From Trueperaceae bacterium (GTDB lineage Bacteria > Deinococcota > Deinococci > Deinococcales > Trueperaceae): DNA of 39,951 nucleotides. Where the stretch lies: contig DASSXV010000037.1 in assembly GCA_035703635.1 (NCBI GenBank), positions 1 to 39,951 of the forward strand. Reading direction: 5' to 3'. Below the pieces are notes generated by a model. It saw nothing but the letters and a program-made list of their open reading frames with translations. It ran no database searches and was not told where the DNA came from. Shown here piece after piece: positions 19,035 to 28,664 of this stretch (position 1 is its first letter; every line of letters begins with the position of its first letter). Both the position numbers and the translations under genes were made by a program.

Positions 19035-19160
19035 TTGCTCACCCCTCGAGTAGCTAGTTGGTGCTCCGTTGCAGTGCGGTTGAACAGTGCCTCACATCTT
19101 AGCGGAGGCGCTCGACGCGCGGACTGACATACACTGGCCTGTACACGGCACAACGCGGCG

Positions 19161-19169
19161 TGCTAGAGT
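19161..19169 (+). promoter_or_regulatory. Extended -10 promoter for rplM-rpsI
   Basis: TG-C-TAGAGT, 57 nt upstream of the start. Confidence 0.55.
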
Positions 19170-19184
19170 CCCCTTTGGCATCAA

Positions 19185-19214
19185 GTTTTGTCGCCCCGAT
19201 CAGACCGACAAAGC
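19185..19214 (+). ncRNA. Putative L13 (rplM) ribosomal-protein leader hairpin
   Basis: GTTTTGTCG / CGACAAAGC stem enclosing CCCCGATCAGAC; the GCCCCG core recalls known L13 leaders. Confidence 0.5.
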
Positions 19215-19226
19215 ATTCGCTAGGAC

Positions 19227-19661
19227 GTGACTACCTTGAAGACTTACTTTCCAACCGAGCTCGACCACGACTGGGTCGTCATTGACGCCGCCGGCCAGCG
19301 GGTCGGACGGCTCGCTACTCAGATCGCTTCCGTGTTGAAGGGCAAGCACAAGCCCACCTACACGCCTAACCAGCCAGGCGGTGACTTCGTCATCGTCATC
19401 AACGCCGAGAAGGTGCAGTTCACCGGCCGTAAGCTCGACCAGAAGGTCTACCGCCGCTACACCGGATACCAAGGCGGCCTTCGGGAGACCACCGCGCGCG
19501 AGATGCTCGACAAGCACCCCGTCCGCGTTCTGGAGCACGCCGTCTGGGGCATGTTGCCCAAGACCCGCATGGGGCGCCGTCTCATCCGTCGCCTCAAGGT
19601 GTACGCCGGCGAGGCGCACCCGCACGTCGCCCAGCAGCCCAAGAAGTTGGAGTTGGCTTGA
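19227..19661 (+). CDS. rplM: 50S ribosomal protein L13
   Basis: [50 protein letters not shown]. Confidence 0.98.
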   Translation: MTTLKTYFPTELDHDWVVIDAAGQRVGRLATQIASVLKGKHKPTYTPNQPGGDFVIVINAEKVQFTGRKLDQKVYRRYTGYQGGLRETTAREMLDKHPVRVLEHAVWGMLPKTRMGRRLIRRLKVYAGEAHPHVAQQPKKLELA

Positions 19662-20047
19662 TGGATCAGTTCTACGGTACCGGCCGCCGCAAGGAAGCCG
19701 TCGCCCGCGTGTTCCTGCGCCCAGGCAACGGCCGCATCTCGGTCAACGGCCGTGAGTTCCAGGAGTACTTCCGCGGCATCCTGGCGGGCGTGCAGGCCCT
19801 TGAACCACTGAAGGACACGAACACCGCCGGTCGCTACGATGCGTACATCACCGTCAAGGGCGGCGGGCCGAGCGGCCAGGCTGACGCCATCAAACTAGGT
19901 GTCGCTCGTGCGCTCCTCAAAGTCGACCCGAACTACCGCCCCGTGCTCAAGGACAAGGGCCACCTCACGCGCGACGCGCGTATCGTCGAGCGCAAGCTTT
20001 ACGGCCTCAAGAAGGCACGGCGCGCGCCGCAGTACAGCAAGCGCTAA
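19661..20047 (+). CDS. rpsI: 30S ribosomal protein S9
   Basis: [46 protein letters not shown] coupling to rplM. Confidence 0.98.
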   Translation: MDQFYGTGRRKEAVARVFLRPGNGRISVNGREFQEYFRGILAGVQALEPLKDTNTAGRYDAYITVKGGGPSGQADAIKLGVARALLKVDPNYRPVLKDKGHLTRDARIVERKLYGLKKARRAPQYSKR

Positions 20048-20093
20048 GTATTCGAACGTCGGGCCATCCCTGACGAAGGCAAGGTTGAACTAC

Positions 20094-20130
20094 AGGCGAG
20101 GCGCTCCACTAAGGCGCCTCGCTTCTTCTT
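20094..20130 (+). terminator. Intrinsic terminator after rpsI
   Basis: AGGCGAGGCGC ... GCGCCTCGCTT followed by CTTCTT. Confidence 0.75.
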
Positions 20131-20179
20131 ACCAGTGCGTGGCCCCTATGCGCCGTAACGCACTTAGGAGGCCACCCAC

Positions 20180-20983
20180 GTGAGCGTCATCCAAGCAGCG
20201 GTATTGGGCATCGTCCAGGGGCTCACCGAGTTCCTGCCGGTCTCGAGCTCGGGTCACCTCGTGCTGGCCCACTATTTCCTCGGTTGGGGCGAGAACCTCG
20301 GCCTCTGGGTCGACATCGCCACCAACACGGGCACGCTCCTCGCCGTGCTCATCTACCTGCGGCGCGACGTCGCCTCCGCGCTAGGCGGCTTCGTGCGCGG
20401 ACTGGGCTCCGCGGACGCCAGGCGCGAGCCAGGTTGGCGCCTCGCCATCCTCGTCCTCGTTGGCTCCATCCCGACCGCCATCCTCGCGCTGCTGTTCAAG
20501 CCGCTCTTCGAGCATTTCAACGCGCCGCTGCCCGTTGCCATCGGCTTGGCGGTCACGGGCTTCATCCTCTGGTTCGCCCCGCGGCAGGGCAGAAAGCACG
20601 AGGTGCGCGAGGTGACTTACAAGGACGCCCTCGTCGGCGGTCTCGTGCAGGGCCTCGCCGTTGTCCCGGGCATCTCACGCAGCGGGTCGACCATCTCAGC
20701 GCTCCTGTGGCGCGGCGTTGACAAGGACCTAGCGCCCCGCCTCTCGTTCCTCCTCTACCTCGTCGTTTCATTCGGCGTCGCCATCTTAGGAGCGAGCGAC
20801 GTGCTGGCAGCAGACGTCGAGGTCCTCCCGCTCGTCGTCATGGTCGCGACTTCGTTCGTAGTCGGTTACTTGGCCTTGATGGTCGTGTTCGCGGTCCTGC
20901 GTCGCGGGCAGTTCCGTATCTTCTCGCCTTACTTGTGGGCGGTTTCCGCCTTCACGCTCGTCTACCTCGCCGTCACCCGCTGA
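20180..20983 (+). CDS. uppP: Undecaprenyl-diphosphate phosphatase
   Basis: LGIVQGLTEFLPVSSSGHL, PGISRSGSTI, multiple TM segments. Confidence 0.95.
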   Translation: MSVIQAAVLGIVQGLTEFLPVSSSGHLVLAHYFLGWGENLGLWVDIATNTGTLLAVLIYLRRDVASALGGFVRGLGSADARREPGWRLAILVLVGSIPTAILALLFKPLFEHFNAPLPVAIGLAVTGFILWFAPRQGRKHEVREVTYKDALVGGLVQGLAVVPGISRSGSTISALLWRGVDKDLAPRLSFLLYLVVSFGVAILGASDVLAADVEVLPLVVMVATSFVVGYLALMVVFAVLRRGQFRIFSPYLWAVSAFTLVYLAVTR

Positions 20984-21052
20984 GCCGCGAGCGGCCACCG
21001 GAAAACGCGCCGGGGACGCTGGGCGCGACGTTTCACGCACTGCAAGCCGGGC

Positions 21053-21079
21053 TATGATGCCGGCATAGGAGGCGCCTCC
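21053..21079 (+). promoter_or_regulatory. gltX -10 box with an SD embedded in a palindrome
   Basis: TATGAT (21053-21058); GGAGGCGCCTCC (21068-21079) directly before the ATG. Confidence 0.55.
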
Positions 21080-22657
21080 ATGGAAGTCGTCACCAGGATC
21101 GCACCCTCACCGACGGGGGACCCGCACGTCGGCACGGCCTACATCGGGCTTTTCAACTACGCGTTCGCCAAGCGTTACGGTGGGCGCTTCATATTCCGGC
21201 TGGAAGACACTGACCGCCAGCGGTTCCAGGCTGGCGCAGAGGCGCGCATACTCGAGATGTTCACGTGGCTAGGCATCGCGCCGGACGAGAGCCCCGAACT
21301 CGGAGGGCCGAACGGCCCGTACCGCCAGAGCGAACGCCTGGACATCTACCACCAGCACGTTGACAAACTCCTCGAGTCAGGCCACGCTTACCGCGCGTTC
21401 GAGACCTCTGAGGAGCTTGACGCCATGCGCACCGAGCAGAAGCGCCACGCGCAACCTCTCGGCTACGACGGCCGCGGCCGCACCATGCCCGCCGCGGAAC
21501 AAGCGCGGCGCCACGCCGCTGGCGAGGCCAACGTCGTGCGCCTCATCACGCCAGACGAGGGGTCAACGACGTTCGTCGACCGGCTGCGCGGCGACGTGAC
21601 CATCCCCAACTCCGAGATCCGCGACCCCGTGCTCATGAAGAGCGACGGCTACCCCACCTACCACATGGCCAACGTCGTCGACGACCACCTGATGGGTGTC
21701 ACCCACGTGATCCGCGCCGAGGAGTGGGTCACTAGCACGCCCATCCACGTCCTCCTCTACCAGGCGTTCGGGTGGACGCTGCCTGAGTTCATCCACATGC
21801 CGCTCCTGCGCAACCCGGACCACAGCAAGGTCAGCAAGCGCAAGCTCGACACGTCGGTCGACTCCTACCGCCAACAGGGTTACTTGGCAGAGGCGCTCCT
21901 CAACTTCCTCGCCAACATGGGTTGGAGCATGCCGGACGGCCGCGAGTACTTCAGCGTGGCAGACATGATCAAGGAGTTCGACATCGACCGCGTTTCGCTT
22001 GGCGGTCCCGTGTTCGACCTCAAGAAACTTCGCAACGTCAACGCCAAGTACCTGCGCGACTTCCTCAGCCTCGAAGAGGTAACGCGCCGCCTTGCCCCGC
22101 TCTTGGAGGGCGAGGGTTACGACGTGCAGGACGAGGATTACCTCCTCGACATCGTAGACATCCTGCGTCCACGCGCCGAGACCCTAAGCGAGATAGTCGA
22201 GCAAGCCGGGTACTTCTTCGCCACCACGTTGCGTTACGACGAGCCAGCCCGCAAGCAGCTCGCCGCCGGGCAGTCGTTCCTGCAGGACGTCGAGCGCGAG
22301 CTCTCGATCCTCGAGTTCTTCGATTACGACGGTGTGGACGACATGCTACGCGACTACGTTCAGGCGCAGGCGGTGCCGATGGGCAAGGTGCTCATGCCCT
22401 TGCGCGCGGCGCTTACCGGCACGACGAACGCTCCTGGCGTCACCGACCTGATCGTCACGCTCGGCAAACGCGAGTCGCTTAGGCGCATCGGCCAGGCCCT
22501 CACGTTCATCGATGCTGGATTGCCTGACGACGACCCGCAACGCCTGATCGACGAGGAGAAGGCGCGCAAGGCTGCCGCGGCAGCTTCTGCCAAGAGCCGC
22601 GTCAAGAGCCACGGCGCGCCAGCCGTTCGCGCCGCCGAAGGCGAAGGAAGCAGATGA
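21080..22657 (+). CDS. gltX: Glutamate--tRNA ligase
   Basis: RIAPSPTG, HIGH-like HVGT, RLEDTD, PYRQSER, DGYPTYH, VDDHLMGVTHVIRAEEW, KVSKR. Confidence 0.96.
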   Translation: MEVVTRIAPSPTGDPHVGTAYIGLFNYAFAKRYGGRFIFRLEDTDRQRFQAGAEARILEMFTWLGIAPDESPELGGPNGPYRQSERLDIYHQHVDKLLESGHAYRAFETSEELDAMRTEQKRHAQPLGYDGRGRTMPAAEQARRHAAGEANVVRLITPDEGSTTFVDRLRGDVTIPNSEIRDPVLMKSDGYPTYHMANVVDDHLMGVTHVIRAEEWVTSTPIHVLLYQAFGWTLPEFIHMPLLRNPDHSKVSKRKLDTSVDSYRQQGYLAEALLNFLANMGWSMPDGREYFSVADMIKEFDIDRVSLGGPVFDLKKLRNVNAKYLRDFLSLEEVTRRLAPLLEGEGYDVQDEDYLLDIVDILRPRAETLSEIVEQAGYFFATTLRYDEPARKQLAAGQSFLQDVERELSILEFFDYDGVDDMLRDYVQAQAVPMGKVLMPLRAALTGTTNAPGVTDLIVTLGKRESLRRIGQALTFIDAGLPDDDPQRLIDEEKARKAAAAASAKSRVKSHGAPAVRAAEGEGSR

Positions 22658-23589
22658 GTTGGTTCGATCGCCTACGTAGCGGCCTTAACCGCACACGTGC
22701 AGCCACGTTCGGTGGCGGCCAGGGCACCGCTTGGGAGATGGACTGGGAGGACCTCGAGGTGGCGCTGATCAGCGCTGACGTTGGCGGCAAACTGGCCGCG
22801 CAGGTCGTCACCGAGGCCAAGAAGGAGCGCGAGCGCGGCACCCCGTTCCGCGAAGCGCTCGAAGTAGCGCTCCTCGACCAACTAGAGCCGGACCGCATGC
22901 GCCAGAAGCTGCGCCGCGTCGGGTTCACGCTCGACGTCACTCGCAACGTCGTCGAGCCGGCAGGCAAGGTCGTCATGGTCGTCGGCGTGAACGGCGTCGG
23001 CAAGACGACGACGATCGCCAAGCTCGGCAACTACTACCGCTCGCATGGGCGCAGCGTGATGTTCGCGGCAGGCGACACCTTCCGGGCAGCAGGCAGCGCC
23101 CAGTTGGCCGTGTGGGGTGAGCGTCTCGGCATCCCAACCGTCACCGGCCCGGACGGCGCGGACCCCGGCGCCGTAGCCTTCGACGCCGCCCAGCAGCGCA
23201 AGGCGCGCGGCAGCGACCTGCTCCTGGTAGACACAGCCGGCCGCCTGCACACCAAGCACAACCTCATGGAGGAGCTGAAGAAGGTCAAGCGCGTCATCGC
23301 CAAAGCGGACGAGCGCGAACCGCGGGACACCTGGCTCGTACTCGACGCCGTGACTGGCCAGAACGGGCTCGAGCAGGCGCGCAAGTTCCACGACGCCGTC
23401 ACGCTAACAGGCGTCATCGTCACCAAGCTGGACGGCACGGCGAAGGGCGGCATACTCCTGCCGATCACGCGCGAGCTCGGCATACCCATCAAGTTCATCG
23501 GCGTCGGCGAAGCTCAAGACGACCTCCAGCCGTACGACGCTGCGGCGTTCGTGCGCGCCCTCCTCGACATGCCGCCGGTCGCCGCATGA
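22654..23589 (+). CDS. ftsY: SRP receptor GTPase FtsY (short, NG domain only)
   Basis: GVNGVGKTTTIAKL, DTFRAAG, DTAGR, TGQNG, TKLDGTAKGG, GVGE. Confidence 0.97.
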   Translation: MSWFDRLRSGLNRTRAATFGGGQGTAWEMDWEDLEVALISADVGGKLAAQVVTEAKKERERGTPFREALEVALLDQLEPDRMRQKLRRVGFTLDVTRNVVEPAGKVVMVVGVNGVGKTTTIAKLGNYYRSHGRSVMFAAGDTFRAAGSAQLAVWGERLGIPTVTGPDGADPGAVAFDAAQQRKARGSDLLLVDTAGRLHTKHNLMEELKKVKRVIAKADEREPRDTWLVLDAVTGQNGLEQARKFHDAVTLTGVIVTKLDGTAKGGILLPITRELGIPIKFIGVGEAQDDLQPYDAAAFVRALLDMPPVAA

Positions 23590-23599
23590 CGGGCCCGCA

Positions 23600-24343
23600 G
23601 TGACGGGCGGCCCGATATTGGTGCTCAGCGCCACGCAAGGTGAGGTGGCGCCCCTCGAGACCGCCCTCACGGACTTCGGGCACCTCGCCCATGACGGCGG
23701 CCCTAGCCACGGGGCGGCGCGCTGGTGGGAGCGGCGCAAGGGCCGCCTCGACGGCATGGAGATCGTGCTGGCGACTACCGGCGTTGGCAAGGTCAACGCG
23801 GCGGCGGCAACTGCGCTCGCCCTCAGCGCCGTGCGCCCGCGTTACCTCGTCCTCGTCGGCATCGGCGGCGCCTACCCTGGCGCTGGACTCGAGATCGGCG
23901 ACGTCGCGCTAGCGAACAGCGAGACGCAGGTAGACAGCGGTGTAGGGTACGGGCCCGCGTGGGAGGGATTAGACGCCATCGGCTTCCCGCTCCTCGAAAC
24001 CGACCCACCGAGCTACAACCGGCTGTGGTTCGACCAGCGCTTCGTCACGCGCCTCGGGCATGAACTCGGCGTGGCGGTGGCGCCGTTCGCCACCAGCGAC
24101 TCCGTAACGGCTGACGATGCGCACGCCAAGTGGCTCGCTCGGCGCCACGGCGTTGCCATCGAGTCGATGGAGGGTGGCGCCGTAGCGCAAGTCGCCCTAG
24201 CGTTCGGCGTACCGCTCGTGCAACTCCGCGGCGTGAGCAACGCCGTAGGCGTGCGCGATAAGACGCAGTGGCACGTCAAGACGGCGGTCACCAACGCCTG
24301 CGCGGTAGCTAAGCGCGCACTGCCCCTGTTGGCGGCTGCCTGA
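23600..24343 (+). CDS. mqnB: Futalosine hydrolase (PNP/MTAN family)
   Basis: TGVGKVNAA, GIGGAYP, ESMEGGAVA, LRGVSNAVG.RD...W. Confidence 0.78.
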   Translation: MTGGPILVLSATQGEVAPLETALTDFGHLAHDGGPSHGAARWWERRKGRLDGMEIVLATTGVGKVNAAAATALALSAVRPRYLVLVGIGGAYPGAGLEIGDVALANSETQVDSGVGYGPAWEGLDAIGFPLLETDPPSYNRLWFDQRFVTRLGHELGVAVAPFATSDSVTADDAHAKWLARRHGVAIESMEGGAVAQVALAFGVPLVQLRGVSNAVGVRDKTQWHVKTAVTNACAVAKRALPLLAAA

Positions 24344-24645
24344 TGGATTTCCTCGCAGCCGTGCCAGTGTGGGTCTACTTCGTCGTCATCCTCATCACTT
24401 ACGTCGTCGTGCACATCCTCACCTTCGACCCACAGCGCCTCCTGCCAGAGCGGCGCGCCTTCTTCGGGCGCATGTCTTCGGCCGTGCTACTCCTCCTTGC
24501 GCTCGTCTTCTTCCAGCGCGAGGAGCCGCTCACGCTGCTTGTGGCGTTGGCGCTCGCCGGCGCGGGCGGCTATCTTAGTGGCCGGTCTACCCTGCCGCCG
24601 AAGCAAGCGAAAGCCAAGGGCAGAAGTAACAATGACCGTAGCTGA
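24343..24645 (+). CDS. Hypothetical small membrane protein (about 3 TM segments)
   Basis: TGATG coupling to mqnB, three hydrophobic stretches, basic tail; fills the gap to the fba promoter. Confidence 0.7.
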   Translation: MDFLAAVPVWVYFVVILITYVVVHILTFDPQRLLPERRAFFGRMSSAVLLLLALVFFQREEPLTLLVALALAGAGGYLSGRSTLPPKQAKAKGRSNNDRS

Positions 24646-24660
24646 CGGTATAATCCCGGA

Positions 24661-25584
24661 ATGGGACTAGTCACCGGCCTCGAGATACTCGCAGCCGCCC
24701 GCGCAGGTGGTTACGGCGTTGGCGCATTCAACACGAACGACCTGGAGATCACGCAAGCCATCATCGAGGCGGCAGAGGAGCTCAGGAGCCCCGTCATCGT
24801 GTCGCTATCAGAAGGGGCCCTCAAGTTCGGTGGTCCGGGCCTCGTCGAGATCGTGAAGTTCCTTGGCGGCGGCGCGAGCGTGCCCGTCGCCATTCACCTT
24901 GACCACGGCTCGAGCTACGCGTCGTGCCTGCGCGCCATCCGCTTGGGTTTCACCTCCGTGATGATCGACATGTCGCACTCCGACGAGGACGTGAACGTGG
25001 CAGAGACACGGCGGGTAGTCGAGGCGGCGCACGCCGTCGGCGTTACCGTCGAGGCCGAGATCGGGCGGCTTGGCGGCATCGAGGAACACGTGAACGTCAG
25101 CGCGGAAGACGCCACCCTCACGCACCCAGACGAAGCCGAGCGTTTCATGGCCGAGAGCGGCGCAGACTACCTCGCCGTCGCCATCGGTACTTCGCACGGG
25201 GCGTTCAAGGGCAAGGGGCGGCCGTTCATCGATCACGCCCGCATCAGGGCCATCGCTGAGCTAGTCAAGCAACCGCTCGTCATGCACGGCGCCTCCGGAG
25301 TGCCAGCCGCTTTAGTCGCGCGCTTCCGGGCCACGGGCGGCGTGATGGCCGACGCTTCCGGTATCCACGAGGACGACGTGCGACAGGCCGTCACCGAGGG
25401 GATCGCCAAGATCAACACGGACACCGACTTGCGGCTCGCGTTCACGACCCGCGTGCGCGAGGTCCTCGACGCCAAAGCCGAAGAGTTCGATCCACGCAAG
25501 ATCCTCGGGCCGGCGCGCGAAGAGATGAAGGCCGTTGTGGCCGAACGCATGCGCGTCTTCGGGTCGGCAGGCAAAGCTAGCTAA
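24661..25584 (+). CDS. fba: Class II fructose-bisphosphate aldolase
   Basis: VGAFN, HLDHG, GFTSVMID, VEAEIG, LAVAIGTSHGAFK, LVMHGAS, KINTDTD; TATAAT 6 nt before the ATG. Confidence 0.96.
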   Translation: MGLVTGLEILAAARAGGYGVGAFNTNDLEITQAIIEAAEELRSPVIVSLSEGALKFGGPGLVEIVKFLGGGASVPVAIHLDHGSSYASCLRAIRLGFTSVMIDMSHSDEDVNVAETRRVVEAAHAVGVTVEAEIGRLGGIEEHVNVSAEDATLTHPDEAERFMAESGADYLAVAIGTSHGAFKGKGRPFIDHARIRAIAELVKQPLVMHGASGVPAALVARFRATGGVMADASGIHEDDVRQAVTEGIAKINTDTDLRLAFTTRVREVLDAKAEEFDPRKILGPAREEMKAVVAERMRVFGSAGKAS

Positions 25585-25620
25585 CAGTTGCGGCGATGCG
25601 CGCCGTGGCACGCCGCGGCC

Positions 25621-27201
25621 TCAACCCTTGGCGCCCTCGTCGTCACGCGCTGGCGCCACGACCACCGTCCGGTGGTGCGCGAAGTTGACCGCCCCTGGCG
25701 CCCCGCCCTTAGGGCGCCAGACGTTCTTGCGTTCCGTGTAGTCGACCGCCACGCGGTCCTCGCGCCGCGCCTCGGAATGACCAGCCGCCAGGCGGGCGGC
25801 GAAGAGCACCGTGTCGAACGGCACGTCCTTCCCGCCAGAACGCACCACAACGTGTGAACCGCGGTAACCCTGCGCGTGCAGCCACAGATCGCGGCTACGA
25901 GCGACCTGGAACGTGACCTTGTCGTTGTCGCGGGCGTTACGGCCCACGACGACCTCGAAGCCGTGAGGGCCCTTGAACCTGATGCCCGGTACGGCAGCGC
26001 GCGCGCCTGCCTTCTCTGACTCCTTGGTTGCGGCCTGCAGCCGGGCGGCAACTGCCGTGGCTGGCAGCTCAGCCACACCTGCCAGGTCGCTCTCCGCGGC
26101 GGCAACGGCGGCCGTGAGTTCTGGCACTAGGTCGGTCGCGCGCTTCGCCCTGGCCACGCGCCTGCGTGCTTGGTCGTAACGCGCGGCCGCGTTGCCTGCT
26201 GCGTCTAGCCGCGGGTCCAACACCACGTCGACAGGTGCGCCATCGAAACCAACCAGCGTCACGCGCGCAGCGCCGCTAGGCACGCTAGCCGCGCTGGCCA
26301 ACAGCAGGTCGGCGCTGGCGCGCAGGTCGTCCACCCCGGAGGTGGCCGTCACGGCTGCGCGCGCGTCGGCGAGTTTGCGCCGCGCCAACGCTAGTTCCTT
26401 CTCGAGTACGCGCGTCAGCTGGTCGCGGGCATGCGCCTGGCGTTCGTCACGCGCGGCGCTCATGGGATCGGCCTTTCCGCCCCAGCGCTCCATGAACGCG
26501 GCGGGGCGCGCGGCGAACTCCGCCACGAGCTTCGTTGCTGCCGTCAAGGCGTCACCAGCGAGGGGCACGCTAGTGTCGACTCCCTCTGCTGCTAGCGCCG
26601 CGGCCAACGCCACAGCAGCTTCGGGCCCGACGCCGTCGATCACGCTCGCTACCTGGCCGATGCGCTTGCCGGCCAACGTCGCCGCGATGTCGGAGGCAGT
26701 CGCCAGGACGGGATCGAGCTTGCTGTATGGCGGTGGCGGACGATAGGCGATGCCGACGCGCAACTCGCGGTAGCGGTTGCGCTCGGCCAGCACTTGGCGT
26801 TCGACTCCGATGATGTGGCCGTCCTCCACCAGGACGAGGTTGGCGTTACGGCCGGTGAGCTCAACGACGAGCTCGACGCCTGGCACAGGCACGAAGCCCT
26901 TCGAGGGCCCGAACGTGAGGGTGAACACGCGGTCGCGCGCCGCCTGCTCGACCGCCACTAGCGGACCGACTGCCCGGGCAGCTAGCTGTTGCTGCAGCGG
27001 TGTGCGGGGCCGGCTCTGCTCGGGTGCCCCTTCGCGCATGGCGACGAACGGCCGCGGCGGCCGACTGCCGAGCCACAACGACCCACCACCGGCGAGGGGC
27101 AGCACCGCCGTGCGGTCGTCAGGGAAACGCCACGCGAGGCGCTCGGCCGGCAGGAGCGGCCTAAGCGCGCGCAACTGCTCGGCGATGAGTAGTCCTTCCA
27201 T
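25621..27201 (-). CDS. rqcH: RqcH/Rqc2 (NFACT family) ribosome quality-control factor
   Basis: MEGLL N-terminus, DRVF, VELTGRNANLVL, coiled coil, NFACT-R VGRNARDND, WLHAQGYRGSHVV, VDYTERKNV. Confidence 0.9.
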   Translation of the reverse strand: MEGLLIAEQLRALRPLLPAERLAWRFPDDRTAVLPLAGGGSLWLGSRPPRPFVAMREGAPEQSRPRTPLQQQLAARAVGPLVAVEQAARDRVFTLTFGPSKGFVPVPGVELVVELTGRNANLVLVEDGHIIGVERQVLAERNRYRELRVGIAYRPPPPYSKLDPVLATASDIAATLAGKRIGQVASVIDGVGPEAAVALAAALAAEGVDTSVPLAGDALTAATKLVAEFAARPAAFMERWGGKADPMSAARDERQAHARDQLTRVLEKELALARRKLADARAAVTATSGVDDLRASADLLLASAASVPSGAARVTLVGFDGAPVDVVLDPRLDAAGNAAARYDQARRRVARAKRATDLVPELTAAVAAAESDLAGVAELPATAVAARLQAATKESEKAGARAAVPGIRFKGPHGFEVVVGRNARDNDKVTFQVARSRDLWLHAQGYRGSHVVVRSGGKDVPFDTVLFAARLAAGHSEARREDRVAVDYTERKNVWRPKGGAPGAVNFAHHRTVVVAPARDDEGAKG

Positions 27202-27230
27202 CAGCCGTTAGCCTCCGCAACCATCTTTGG

Positions 27231-28664
27231 TCAGTTGAGCACGCGCTCGAAGCCACCCAACAGGCCCTTGGCGTCATCGACGTACTGCTTGAGGGGCAGG
27301 TACCACTCGCTGCCAACGTCGGTGTGCTCGAGAGCCGCTCGCGCATGCACCAGCACGCGGGCGGCGTACTCCTCGCCCATCTGCGAGTAGACGTCCGCGA
27401 GCATCTGCTGCGCCGCCACCCAGAACGGATCGCCCGTCTGGCTGGCGCTCAGCGCCTGCTCGTACCAGGCGGCGGCGTCCTCGAGGCGGTAATACTCGAA
27501 AGCCACGCTGCCCAAGGTGATGCAGGCGGGTGCCGTGGCCCCCAACTCGAGCGCCTCCTGGGCGAGGGCGTGGGCGGAGTCGAGTTCACCGCGGCGCAAC
27601 CGCACGTCCGCGAGGTCAGCAAGAGCGTCGCCGCGGTGCGAGTATGACGGGTCAGTCACGACCTCGCCGAGGAGGGCCTCGGCTTCCGTCAGGCGGTCGC
27701 ACTCGATGAGGGCGTACGCCGCCTCGTGCTGGGTGAAGGCGCGGTGCTCGGCAGGCACGCTCGCTAACGCCTTATCGAACGCCGTGGTCGCCTCCGCAGA
27801 GCGCCCGGCCGCCGTTAGCGCCTGCGCCGTTGCGAACGCAACGCTGTAAGTCGGGCCGCCCAACTCGTCGTCGATCAGGGCAGCCTCTCGCAGGTACTCG
27901 AGGGCGAGATTGGGGTTGTCGAGGTCGAGATGGGCGCGGCCCTGGAGGTAGCGGTGCACGGCCCGCTCCTGTGGCGGCATGAGTTCGTCGTCGATGGCGG
28001 CTAGCTGCTCGAGGGCCTCTTCCGTTCTGAAGAGCTCGACGAGCGCACCGGCTAGGCTGAGCCGCTCGGCGTCACGCTCGAGTTCTGGCGCCTGCGCTAC
28101 TGAGGCAGTGAACGCGGCGGCGGCGTCTTCCCACTCACCGAGCACTTCGCTGCACTGACCTATTAGCGACCAGCGCCGCCACTCGAGGTACGCGGGTAGC
28201 ACGGCGTCGTCTAGCGCGCTGAGCCGCCGCGCGGCGCTCTTGGCCGCGTCCACGGCGAAGAGCGCGGCGGCCGCATGGTAGGAGGCCGTCGCGTCGAACT
28301 GTGGAGCGCCTTCCAGCTCGGATGGCCTTTCTGGCACCTCGCGCAGGCCGCGCTTGACGTCGCTGAGGGGCGCGCCGCGGTAGGCGGCGAACTCCCAGAA
28401 GAGCGCGCGGTAGAGGGGCCGCGATGCCAGCTTCGGATCCGCACCGACGGCGTTGCGCAGTGCGGGTTGGCCGTTCTCGAGGCCCTCGTCGCCGTAGAGC
28501 GCATAGACGGCAGCCAGCTGCAGCCACGCGAGCCCGTTTACGGCCTTGTCGGGGCCGCGTTTGACTGCGTTCTCGAGGACCGCGAAGGCGACGTCATACT
28601 GCCCCTTGGCGAGCGCCTCCTGAGCTGAACTAAGGTCTGGCGCGCGTTGACGCCTGAAAAGCAT
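27231..28664 (-). CDS. Tetratricopeptide-repeat protein
   Basis: Repeated helical A/G/Y-patterned units (e.g. YLQGRAHLDLDNPNLALEYLREA, LGSVAFEYYRLEDAAAWYEQAL); start inferred from TG-G-TAGCCT upstream. Confidence 0.78.
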   Translation of the reverse strand: MLFRRQRAPDLSSAQEALAKGQYDVAFAVLENAVKRGPDKAVNGLAWLQLAAVYALYGDEGLENGQPALRNAVGADPKLASRPLYRALFWEFAAYRGAPLSDVKRGLREVPERPSELEGAPQFDATASYHAAAALFAVDAAKSAARRLSALDDAVLPAYLEWRRWSLIGQCSEVLGEWEDAAAAFTASVAQAPELERDAERLSLAGALVELFRTEEALEQLAAIDDELMPPQERAVHRYLQGRAHLDLDNPNLALEYLREAALIDDELGGPTYSVAFATAQALTAAGRSAEATTAFDKALASVPAEHRAFTQHEAAYALIECDRLTEAEALLGEVVTDPSYSHRGDALADLADVRLRRGELDSAHALAQEALELGATAPACITLGSVAFEYYRLEDAAAWYEQALSASQTGDPFWVAAQQMLADVYSQMGEEYAARVLVHARAALEHTDVGSEWYLPLKQYVDDAKGLLGGFERVLN

